64,000 bases of DNA from Octopus sinensis (Eukaryota): NCBI RefSeq assembly GCF_006345805.1, contig NC_043004.1, positions 66,712,001 to 66,776,000 of the forward strand, in the 5' to 3' direction. The position numbers and the translations under genes were made by a program. Each line of letters opens with the position of its first letter. Position 1 is the stretch's first letter. Below are positions 52,391 to 64,000 of the stretch, piece by piece. The notes beneath the pieces are model-generated. The model had not been told where the DNA came from. It saw only the letters and a program-made list of their open reading frames with translations, and made no database searches.

Positions 52391-52503
52391 CATAAGCATA
52401 TATAATTGATAAAAAATTAAATTGGAACATTTACACTTTCACTACTTTAGGTGTGAAGCTCTTAAACTTATGAAAACTTAAGGTTGAGGTGTATAACTGT
52501 CTA

Positions 52504-54041
52504 TCTATATATATAAAACTGAGAATGTGTGTCTGTCTGTCTGTCTATGTGTTTCCCTAAAACTTGAGAACTACACAACCAATTTCATTAAAATTTTACA
52601 CATGCCTTACTTAGGGTCCATGTAGTTTCATGGGCAAAAACAATGTTCAACTTCTTGCCTAGAGCGAGCCCATAGCAATATCATATCTTCTCCACAATTT
52701 CAGTATTACGTGTTAAAAGTGAAACAAAAACATTTCTCTATTTTATGTCAGATGCTTTCACTTTAACAATAAAAATAATAATAACAATTGAATTATATGT
52801 AGTAAGTAATAATTAAAATCAAACTAAAGTATAATATAATCGTAACATAAGAAAAGTAAAAATAGCAATTTGTATAAAATTGCATCAATGAATTGAACTT
52901 GAATAAGTGATTTCACATGAATGGGAATAAATTAAAAATAAAATTAGCGTGCAGAAATGGAATAGTCCAGATGGAGCTGTGCTTTTACATTAGATTATCT
53001 GCTAATTAGCTAGCATTAAGTATCTATATGAAGTTTGGCTGTATGCAATATCTGTTTTATCGAACAGCCGCTCCTATAGAATACTGCTGTTGGTTTATTT
53101 CTTATACATAAAGGACTAAAGCTTCAACTGCTTACTGCTTTCGGGTTCATCGTAAGGTTTGTTGTTATTATTATTAGTTTAACTCTTGTTATCACGTTTC
53201 TTGGTTCCTCGTAAATGAAACATTGCTGTGTTGCATTTGTTAACTAATTGTAAACTATAACCCTCCCCCTTTGGTTATTGTTTAAAAATTGAATTGTGTC
53301 CCTGTTTGGGGAAATTGACAATATTTTCACCGTTTACACGGAAGCATTTTTGTTAGAATGCCTCCGATAGAAGAAAGTCCGAAAATTAATTTCGCTGCAG
53401 CCGTCGGTGGACGCTAACTCATTGAAATTAAAATGGAAGAAATACGGATTGATCACCGACAAAGACGGTGAATCTAGGATAACACCACCAAACGAAATAA
53501 AAATTAAATTAAATAAAAGACTTTTGTCTATAAAGTATACAATTTAGAGAAAAAAAGATTTGAACACCTGGAGGAAAGCACCATCGAAAAGTGTCTTGGT
53601 GCGACTATGAAAGATATCTAACAAGAGGCGGTAAATTCGCCACAATAGAAGCAAGGTTCGAGTCAACGGAGCGTGCATGGGAGTACTCGACTCGAACCTT
53701 TCAAAGTGGAAATATTTTATTTTTACCTTTATATCTGGGACGTAGGACGTCCTAGATATAAATTAAAAAGTTCCCCCCTTAAATTAGAGGTAGACTGGAT
53801 TGTAGCCACACTTCTATACAAAAGGGAGGACAAGATCCAATTGATCGAAATTGTAAGAGACGAGCCTACAATTCCAGTCTGTTATATATTTTGAGTGTTG
53901 TTATCACTAGCGATATCAAGATATAACTTTGTATTTTGTATTTTATGTGTAGATGTATATATATATAGAAGTACATGTAATATGTACACATATATACATG
54001 CACTAGCACTATGAGCCGGCAACGACGGGTCATAATGCTAG
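52504..54041 (+). mobile_element. non-autonomous Helitron-like element
   Basis: 5' end A|TCTATATATATAAAACTGAG...(GTCT)n; 3' hairpin TATGAGCCGGCAACGACGGGTCATA (54010-54034) then CTAG at 54038-54041, followed by C rather than the canonical T. Confidence 0.65.
53369..53894 (+). pseudogene. decayed Tx1-like ORF1 fragment nested in the Helitron
   Basis: MPPIEESPKINFAAAVGGR..., GGKFATIEARFE, LEVDWIVATLLYKREDKIQLIEIV; similar to the 4640-4880 fragment. Confidence 0.45.
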
Positions 54042-54689
54042 CACGTTTATAAATATTCCCCACAGCAGAAAGTTGAAAGGCTGGACAACACTCCATAATT
54101 TTTCAAGTCATCCATTAGTGAGTGTGGAGTGGGAACTATAATGTTTCTTTGAGGATAATGAGGTGTGCATTGAAAGCAGTCCTAAGAGGAGGAAGAAAAA
54201 TGACGATACTTCTAACATCTTAACAAAATCTTAAAATTAATTAGTTTCAGTTTACACAATGAATTCAGGCTGAACAGTTACAAGGTAGAAATATATAATG
54301 TGAGTGTAAGCACATACGCAAGTGCCAACACGTGTTCACTTCTACATGATGCGTACACAAATCACTCTAGACATTGTTGCAAGCACAACAATCCAATCTA
54401 ATATCCATGAGCCACTGCCTGGCTCTTAAAAGCCTACTACACATATAGGAGAAGAGTTTGGGTTACATACATTGAGACTGTATTCTTTGTACTTAAGGAA
54501 AGTCAGATGTTGTTTTCAGTAGATGTGACTCTTATTTCTAGCGATTCATAAGAAATATCTTAGAAGTTTTCACCTAATTTCAGTATGCAAACAATTTGGA
54601 ATTTGATTGCAAATTTTGTAATTTATCGCCACAACGAAAGTGTTTTTTAAAATACTATTCTAACATTCCCTCTGTATTCATATCAAATT

Positions 54690-54900
54690 TTTGCACAAGG
54701 CCAGTAATTTTGGGGAGGAGGAGGAATGAGTCGATTTCATCGACTCTAGCATCCAACTGATACTTATTTTTATCGACTCCGAAAGGGTGGAATGTAAAGT
54801 CGACCCCGGCGGAATCTGAAATGAGAACGAGAAGACAGACAAAATGCCACTGAGAATTTTGCTCAACGTGTAAAAGATTCTGCCAACTCGCTGCCTTAAT
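54690..54900 (-). mobile_element. SINE family A copy with alternative tail
   Basis: Core GTCGAC...TTCCACCCTTTCGGAGTCGATAAAAATAAGT and tail CCTCCCCAAAATTACTGGCCTTGTGC on the minus strand. Confidence 0.75.
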
Positions 54901-55705
54901 CTAATACACAACATTGAAATCTATTTCTGTAAAGTTCCATTTATAGACAAACTATACCGTCACTTACCAGATCGCTATAGAGAACACTTAATCGATATCC
55001 CTCATAACACGTCACCATTTCATCCTTACGGTCCAGTGACGGCAAAATACCGCCATCTTCTGTTGATTCTAATACTACAAACTAAATGATAGTGTGCAAA
55101 CTCAAAACAAAAATATTTTCTTCGAATCGGACTTCTCCATTCCCATAATACTAACGGCTAGAATTTCTCTAATCAGTCAGAACTGGTACCTATAAGTCCA
55201 CTTGCTCATATATACTCTATACATGTATACTCTAACACGTACATACACGCTTACGCATACAAACGTTTCACCTACAGATCCAGCCTGCCCACACGTCAAC
55301 AGGCACACTAGTAAGCACTAACAAAGAACGCGATTACGACGCAAATATCTAATATTGCTATTACACATGTCCAATATTTCAGCCCTTCTTTCCACATGTC
55401 CCCACCCAGATATAGTCTCTATATTCTTGACTATTACACCTACCTCTCCGAATCCGATTCTAATACTATATATGCAGCTCGATATAATTTCTTTCGCCGA
55501 AAGAAACACACACACACACACACACATACACACACATACACACAAACACACATACACGCACACATGTATATGTGTATATATATATATATACATGCTGCGC
55601 GTGTACATTTATACATGTATATGTATATTTACTTATACGTGAATCTGTATCTCTATATATACGCACACACAAATAAACACTCATACCCACACATGGAAAT
55701 ATGCA

Positions 55706-55752
<47 letters not shown>

Positions 55753-57299
55753 TGTGTTTGAAAATAGGAGAAAACGAAGAAAACATAGAATTATTAAAAT
55801 AGTCAAATCCTACAGCAGACGTTTTCTTAGTGTTTTGCAGTCTGGCAAAATAGATTTCTGCTTCCATAAACCCAATTTCCTCGGATAACGTAATATATTT
55901 TACCTTAAAAGTGGTGATCAGAATTAATCTTGAGCTAAACTTTGTTGCTTCGATTTTCAGAGAAAGAATGAAATACATATGAAATGAAATAATTATATCC
56001 GAGCTATTCTTCATGTTCTACAATCATGGTTATATTAAGAGAAACCACAAGTACTGTTATCTTTTCAGTTATTAATTTCGTACTTTTGGCTTTCTCCATC
56101 CTATCACACGCCTAGGTTTGTCTTTAAGTTTTACGTTTGATCTTTTATCGTATTTTTTGTTGTTTGTGTTTCCTTTCATTACTGCTTTGATGGATTTGCT
56201 TTTGTTCCTGTAATAAATTACATATATTCTGAGATATTGTACAAAAGAAAGAAAGGAAAAGATAAAAAGGAGAGTATAAATGAACGCAAATATATATAAT
56301 AAAAAAATGTGGAGAAATGCAACCAAAACTTTAATTATACTACAGAAAGAATTTGAAAGATATCTGGCGTGACCAGGGGCCATGGATTAGCTAGATCATG
56401 ACTGATGCCTGCTATAAAAGAAATATGTGATAAAAGACACTAACAAAGAGAAGATAATGAAAACAAAATGTGAGGTACAAATGCCATGCATTCATGAAAT
56501 GATTGAGAAGTATAGGAGAGAATTTGTTAGACAAGACGAGCGTCAGGCCAGAAGAGAAGGCATCACAAAACAAAACAAATGATGCGAAATAAATATTGTA
56601 AAAGCAAAATAATAATAATAGCAAAGAATAACAAATATATAAGAGAAACGAAACGCAGTCTGTACAAGACATATAATTAAATGATAAATTATTTCATGTA
56701 ATATCCTAAAGACGCTTGTCGCCAGTCTCTGATGTAAACTCAGTCAAGTCAAATGGAATGTAATGTGCTGTGATCATTTGTTAGAGAGGCGGGCAACATG
56801 TGTTGTTTTGTTTCCGCGAGATGATTTCTACTAATTTCCTCTTCATACTTATTTAAAAACCAACAAAAAAGAAAATGTAGATGGACATGTTTACAGACAA
56901 CTTATACGCACGCTCACACACACACACACATACACACATGTACACGAACACGTACACACACGTACACATACAAGCCACAAAGACAAGCACACACATATAT
57001 CTTTTATCTTTTGCTTGTTTCAGTTATTGGGTTGCGGTTATGCCGGAGTAGGTAGTCGAAAATAGAAGACCCTGTACTTATATTTAAGTCTGATATATAC
57101 TCTCGCAATTTCTGTTAGCGAACCGCTAGATAAGGGGACTTAAATAAACCAAAGCCATGTTTTTAGCAGTAACGAGAGACAAACAGAAACGCAAAGATAC
57201 ACGCATACATACTTATACATGTATATATACACGCATACGTACATAAATATGTACATGTATATATATGTATATGTGAGTGTGTTTGTGTGTGTGCGTGTG

Positions 57300-57510
57300 T
57301 GTAATATGTGACAATTATTGGTTAGCCATGATAAAATTCCGAGTTTTGGTTGTCGGGGTGGAAATCCACGCCGCCATCTCTTCAGTTATCCGGCCATCGG
57401 AAAAAAGATCCGATGGCCGGATAGCTGAAGAGATGGCGGCGTGGATTTCCACCCCGACATCCAAAACTCGGAGTTTTATCATGGCTAACTAATAATTGTC
57501 ACATATTACA
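57300..57510. ncRNA. 211-bp GC-rich palindrome made of two inverted hammerhead-ribozyme motifs
   Basis: Arms 102 bp with 4 mismatches, loop AAAAAGA. Plus strand 57420-57480: GATAG-CTGAAGA-GATG..CATC-C-AAAA-CT-CGG-AG-T-T-TTATC; mirror copy on the minus strand at 57330-57390. Confidence 0.7.
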
Positions 57511-57579
57511 TTTACAGATAAATTCTTCTATTTACATATCAAGGTCTCTTTCATTCTTTTGTTGCCTCATCATTCCTAT

Positions 57580-57620
<41 letters not shown>

Positions 57621-57996
57621 ATATTTGAGTGTGTGTATGTGTGTGTGAGTCTGTGTGTGCGAGCACGTGTGTGTGTGTGTTTGCAGGGAGATTGAAGCTT
57701 GTACACCCGAAGTTTATGAGACACTACTTGGAGAATCCTACTTTCGAACTTAAGGCTATCGCGTTATGAAAATTTCTTGAACTTCGGGCTTCCTGTTTTC
57801 TTTTCCTTACGTTACAGAACTATTTATATACTATACGATTAATACTGAGAAGCTGATGTATAACTGAAGAAATTGTCAATCATAAATACTTTAAAAGTTA
57901 ATCTGTGTACAATGCAATCTTCTCCCGGAAATTCTTAACGAATATTGTGATTTATTCCGGTAATTAATTTTATAAAACTGTAGTAATTCCGGGTTG

Positions 57997-58481
57997 CTAT
58001 TTTGCTTATGAATTTAAATGGTTCATAACCTGTGTGGTTTAAAACATTTCTCGACATGTTTTAATTGATATATCGTGGGGAGTATTAGATGGGATATCCT
58101 GCAGTGAAATTTATAGCGTGATAAATATATCTGAGGCTCAGGGTGTATTACGCGTTGAGACTCAAGATATTCCGGGTGTTGCTGAAGTGTGTGTTACTAC
58201 CTCAAGATATGCCGGGTGTTGCTGTAGTGTGTGTTACTATCTCAAGATATGCCGGGTGTTGCTGAAGTCTGTGTAAACTATTTTGCTTACAAATTTAAAT
58301 GGTTCGTAACCTTTGTAGTTTAAAATATTTCTCTATATGTTTTAATTAATATATCGTGGTGAGTATTACACGGGATATACTGCAGTGAAATTCATAGCGT
58401 GATAAACATATCTGAGGCCCAGGGTATATTAAGCGTTGAGACTCAAGATATTCCGGGTGTTGCTGAAGGGTGTGTTACTAT
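57997..58481. repeat. nested tandem repeat: 204-bp unit x2, containing a 40-bp subunit repeated x3 in the first
   Basis: CTCAAGATATKCCGGGTGTTGCTGWAG...TTACTA at 58161, 58201, 58241 and 58442; the large unit restarts at 58278. Confidence 0.9.
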
Positions 58482-59292
58482 CTTCTTCGCATAACTCTGT
58501 GTCATGAAAGCATACAATTGCTGTCTACTGTATTTGGCACATCTCAATCTTGGCAGGCCACTTCAGGAAATAAAATTTCAAATCTTGTTTTTGTTTTTAC
58601 CCATTTGTCGTCCTCCCTACAATACTCTTTGTTCCCACGTTTCATATTTTGCGATGCATAAGATTTCTTATTGTTCATCTTAGGAAAACAAAAGAAAGAC
58701 ATCACGTGTCTCAATGAAATTCTTAAATAATCATAAATTTATATTAGTCTCATAACGCAATTAATGACTTATTCATTTATCGATACATTAGCTTAGTGAT
58801 ATCATTTTTACTCACAATAAAAGTTTCTTAACTAAATCTATTGTAAATTTCTTCTCTGAAAACTCCTCTAATTATATTTATACAAAAGTTAAATCTGATC
58901 TATGAAGTTATTTAAATTCTGTTGAAATACCACTATATAATCTCTACTCTTACTTCTTTCAGTCATTCTTCTTCTTCCAATCAGGACTCACGCCATTAGC
59001 CACAAACAATAATCTCTAATTCGAGCCTAATCTAAGCTACTAAGAATGCGTGCGGCAACTTGAAGATCCACCCACAACACGCGGTAGGCTGGCGGTTGCA
59101 CGGGCACGAAAGCTATGTTGTTACCCTCATTTCATAAACGGTGGCTTTTAACGGGTGGAGAGCTGAACCCTCCTGGGGTACAGAGGATTCGCAATCTACA
59201 CTAGGGTGTGAAATTTACCACACCATGTTTTGTGGCAGAAGTATGGAGAAAGAGTGGATGATTGAACGCCACGCATCCATTTCCAAGTATGT

Positions 59293-59376
<84 letters not shown>

Positions 59377-59682
59377 ATATATATGAATATAAAACAATAA
59401 ATTAATAATGCAAATGACAATCCAATAATTTAATAATATTGCAATGTAGTGTGATATACTATGAATATGATATAACAATTTTTTTTAAATCCATATTTAT
59501 GTAGTCTTCAACCGACATAGTAGAGAATTGGATGTTTTACACATCCCTTTGGAGAATTTTTTCCTTTGTTTGTTACCTTATATAATTATATATAGATATT
59601 ATATATATATATATCTATAGATATATATTATATATATATATATATTATATATATATATAATGTGTGTGTGTGTGTATACACG

Positions 59683-59897
59683 AAGGCGGCGAGCTGCCAG
59701 GAACGTTAGCACGCCGGGCGAAATGCGTAGCCGTATTTCGTCTGCCGTTACGTTCTGAGTTCAAATTCTGCCGAGATCGACTTTGCTTTCATCATTTCGG
59801 GGTCGATTAATTAAGTACCAGTTACGCACTGGGGTCGATGTAATCGACTTAATCAATTTGTCTGTCCTTGTTTGTCCCCTCTGTAGGTAGTAAAGAA

Positions 59898-59900
<3 letters not shown>
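59683..59900 (+). mobile_element. SINE family A, well-preserved copy
   Basis: AAGGCGGCGAGCTGCCAGGAACGTTAGCACGCCGGGCGAAATGCGTAGCCG...TTGTTTGTCCCCTCTG. Confidence 0.9.
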
Positions 59901-59931
<31 letters not shown>

Positions 59932-60363
59932 TACGACGGTTTTCTTTGAGTATCCGTCTACCAAATCCACTCGCAATGCTATCGTAGGAAACATTTGCGA
60001 AATGTACCACATTGCGGAACTAAACAGAACAATGTTACTGCTACGTCTAACAAGGGAGCAATATGCACGACAAACCAGTTTCGAAGCTATTGTTAATCTG
60101 TCAGCACGCGTGCACTCTGAGATTTCTTTTACACATTCCTTAAAATTAAGCATTAAAATACCAAATTTTGAGATTAAAATCATTTAAAACCACATTCCTT
60201 AGTTTTACTTATCTTTTTAGGGTTTCCGGTACATTTTATGTTATGCGTCACTTTTATATTAATTTACTAAACCTAATATGATATGGTCTGCGATAAGATA
60301 TGTGTATTATAATCTCCTAATATAACAATGAGCGTAATGCTTTCATATATTTGTATATATATA

Positions 60364-60423
<60 letters not shown>

Positions 60424-60525
60424 AATATTAATTTATATATGAGGGGAAAATCGATATTTAAGTATCAAAATTATCAAGTGGCCAGCATGAAAGAAATACC
60501 ATACAAAGGTAAAAATTTTTTTAAC

Positions 60526-60695
<170 letters not shown>

Positions 60696-60956
60696 ACAAT
60701 TCACGCCGGACGCGAAGGGGAAGAAAAAATAATAATTCAGTGAAGAAGTAGTGAGAGTAATTTCCCTGACTGAGAGTAATAGCAATGAGAGAAAGGAAGG
60801 GGTGGTAGATGAATACGAAAGGAAGCGGTGAAAAAAATCGGCTTTTCAACTCTGTGTGAGTATATGTGTGTACGTGAGTGCGTGTACAATGGAAGTATGT
60901 GAATGTTTGCATGTGTTATTATTACATACCATATTTAGTAGCTTATTTACTCTTAA

Positions 60957-61219
60957 CTCTTTATTCCTTTACGTGTTTTAGCCATGTGACTGTAACCATG
61001 CTGGAGCACCGCCTTTAGTCAAGCAAATCGACCCCGGGACTTATACTTTGTAAGCCTAGTCCTTATTATATCGGTCTCTTTTGCCGAACCGTTAAGTTAC
61101 GGGGACGTAAACACACCATCATCGGTTGTCAAGCGATAGGGGGACAAACACAGACACACGAACATGTACAAATAAATACATACATACATATATATATATA
61201 TAATATATATATATATAGG

Positions 61220-61268
<49 letters not shown>

Positions 61269-61435
61269 TACGACGGGCTTTTTGAGTTTCCGTCTACCAA
61301 ATCCACTCCCAAGGATTTAGTCGCCCCGACGCTACAGTAGAAGGCACTTGCCCAAGGTGCTAACGCAGTGGGACTTCACCCGGAACCATGTTATTGGAAA
61401 GCAAGCTAATTACCACACAACCACTCCTACGCCTA
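60957..61435 (-). mobile_element. SINE family B copy
   Basis: Matches 12635-13161. Confidence 0.88.
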
Positions 61436-61710
61436 TATAAAATACTACGATTGGCCATCATTATTGACGGCACATAGCCAGCTAGTAGAGAATATAATGC
61501 ATTTCTGAAGCCTGCATTATGTTTGAATAAATGGTATATAGCGAAACACACACATTCTTCCATGCACACAGTCATGCGTATGTGTGTGAGAGAGAGTGCG
61601 AGAGTTTAGCAAGTATATACATACATACGTATGCATTGATACATACATAGATATACACAAACACAGACACACGCACACGCATGTGCACGAGATGGTTCAA
61701 TACACTTTTT

Positions 61711-61990
61711 TACTCTTAAACTTGTTTCAGTCATTTGACCTCGACCATGCTGGAGCACCGCCTTTAGTCGAGAAATTGACCCCAGGATTTAATATTTTGT
61801 AAGCCTTGTACTTATTCTATCGATCTCTTTTGCTGAACCTCTTAGTTACGGGGACGTAAACACACCAGCATCGGTTGTCAAGCGAGGCTGGGGACATACG
61901 CAAATATACAAACACACACACACACCACACAGATCTATATATATAATATATATATATATACATATATACATATATAAAAATATATATATA

Positions 61991-62026
<36 letters not shown>

Positions 62027-62215
62027 TATATATATATATATATATATATACGACGGGCATCTTTCAGTTTTCCGTCGACCAAATCCACTCACAAGGCTTT
62101 GGTCGACCCGAGGCTAAAGTAGAAGACACTTGCCCAAGGTGTCACGCAGTGAGACTGAACGCGGAACCATGTGGTTGGTAAGCAAGCTACTTACCACACA
62201 CCCACTCCTACGCCT
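61711..62215 (-). mobile_element. SINE family B copy
   Basis: Matches 12635-13161; a further partial copy begins at about 63930. Confidence 0.88.
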
Positions 62216-62403
62216 ACACGCACGTACATTGTTAATATCTCGCCAAAATATACTTTGAGAACAAAACCGCTGTCCAACAACTATACATCACAGCAGTGTT
62301 GCCATTACTGAGGTACCACAGAAGAAATTCACGTCAGTATAGTAATGTAGAGACGGCAGCAGAATCAAAAACTAACAGCGAGAACAACAGACATAGTAAT
62401 AAT

Positions 62404-62479
<76 letters not shown>

Positions 62480-64000
62480 TAAATAATTATATAAAAATAA
62501 GTAAAACATAAAATTGTAACGACACAAAACGGATTTTGCAATAAGTGATAGTTGATTGTTTATTTAAAGGGGACTATAACAATATGGCAAGTGCAACATG
62601 TCTTCTTTCTACACGGAGAAGCACGGTAAAATAATATTTACACACCAGCCTTAACTGGTTTAGCCTACATGAGCGCTGCAATTTTCATGTCAAAGTTGAT
62701 TTAATGACTGGCGATGGCAAATCGTTTGCAGTGGCTGCGATGGATGAGTTGGCGCTGGTGTTAGTATAGCGAATGTTTTAAGTGGTGGTGGAAGAGTGGT
62801 GGTCGTTTTGTTATTGCTATTATTATTGGCGCTAGTGGTGCTGCCAGCACTGGCGTTGCTGGTGGTGAAGGCAATTCAGCTGCTGATCGTAATCCTCTTC
62901 TTCCTATACAGTGTACTGTGTAGGTAGGTAGTTGTTTATAATTATTGTTACACGTATCTAAAACCGTACTTTTAGTAGTGTACTTTTAGTAGTGTAATTG
63001 ACAACTAGAATTCATAGAGAACTAACACAATTTTCAATGCAAATTGCTATATTCTAATTCTATCCTTATCATACCTTTTAAAACATTCAGCTGTTGCCAA
63101 CTTGCATAGAAATAGCTTCTGTTTATTTAATTTTTCCATCTTATTTTCTAGGCCATTTTTTTTTGTATTTTTTTACTGTTCATGTAGATTTTATTGTTTT
63201 AGTAATCCCTAACTTTATTGGAATGGCAGCAATATTAGAGTGACTAATTTGTCTGCGAAACACCATTCTGCCTCGTAGCTTCGTAAATTTTCCCAGCTTC
63301 GTAAATTTCCTGCTATCTTGAAACACCTGTTTAAATTTATTGCTCTGAAAGCTAATTAGGAGCGAACGCTATCTCACCATCATTTCACCTTCATTTGTGC
63401 CAGCTCATTCCAAGAAATAGATCAAAATGTAAGACTACACCGTAAACTTCTAATCTCTCTCTGTCTAAAATCAAGATGACATCCTACGAACGCTTAAATT
63501 AACTAAGATATCGTTGAAGGGCCTGAAGCAATGAAGAAATGTTTATGTGCGTGATTATAAGACGAGTAAGAAAACTTGGCTGCGCATTACTGATGAAAAT
63601 AATTCAAATCTAAATGACGAGCATATCTGCATATTTACTTTTAATTAAATCAGCAAAGATGCGCCAAAACACAAATTATAACAAAAAAAATTCCAATAAA
63701 ATTTTTAGTTGAATGGCAAATTACATGAGATATTCGGAAATTATATGGATGATACTTGGGGAATGGATATTTGTTGTCAATAAAAGAACTCACCAACGAA
63801 AGATTTAAATATTGGGAGATTCGAAGCTTGTGGATGTAAAAGGAAAAAGAAAAATATCAGCTATTCCAGTGATGTTTGAGCAAAATATGGGATAAAATTA
63901 ACAAACGATGAATTTATATTTTCTTTCATTCTTTTAATTTTTTTTCAGTAATTTGACTGCGGCCATGCTGGATTACCGCCTTTTAGTAGAACAAATCGAC

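Noticed and set aside
55318-55480. GWGHVERR as an RTE LINE remnant
   Set aside because: A single short motif with no supporting flanking similarity.
58161-58277. 40-bp repeats superficially like a CRISPR array
   Set aside because: The units are contiguous with no unique spacers, there are no cas genes, and the context is eukaryotic.
62690-62910. GC-rich GGT/GCT stretch as a low-complexity exon
   Set aside because: Degenerate trinucleotide sequence; no sustained open frame with a start codon or clear splice signals.

Overview
AT-rich eukaryotic non-coding DNA, dense in (TA)n/(CA)n/(TAA)n/(GAA)n microsatellites and decayed transposons. The SINE families and repeat style are the ones I associate with octopus/coleoid cephalopod genomes (inference from recall, not a search). 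I could not recognise any host protein-coding exon, rRNA, tRNA gene or CRISPR array; most ORFs in the track are microsatellite translations. Recognisable content: Tx1/L1, CR1 and R4/Dong non-LTR fragments, two Penelope-like (PLE) GIY-YIG elements with inverted termini, several mariner/Tc1 relics, a Helitron-like element, three tRNA-derived SINE families, and a 674-bp fold-back DNA element with an 8-bp TSD and a telomeric/G4 centre. The most striking unexplained theme is a set of unrelated short repeats carrying type-I hammerhead ribozyme (HHR) cores, several arranged as palindromes or direct repeats. One is a 211-bp palindrome with an HHR on each strand. Together they suggest a PLE-dependent family of small ribozyme retroelements (retrozyme-like). 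All alignments and RNA folds were done by eye. Frequent 1-nt indels in microsatellites suggest long-read error, so frameshifts are uncertain.
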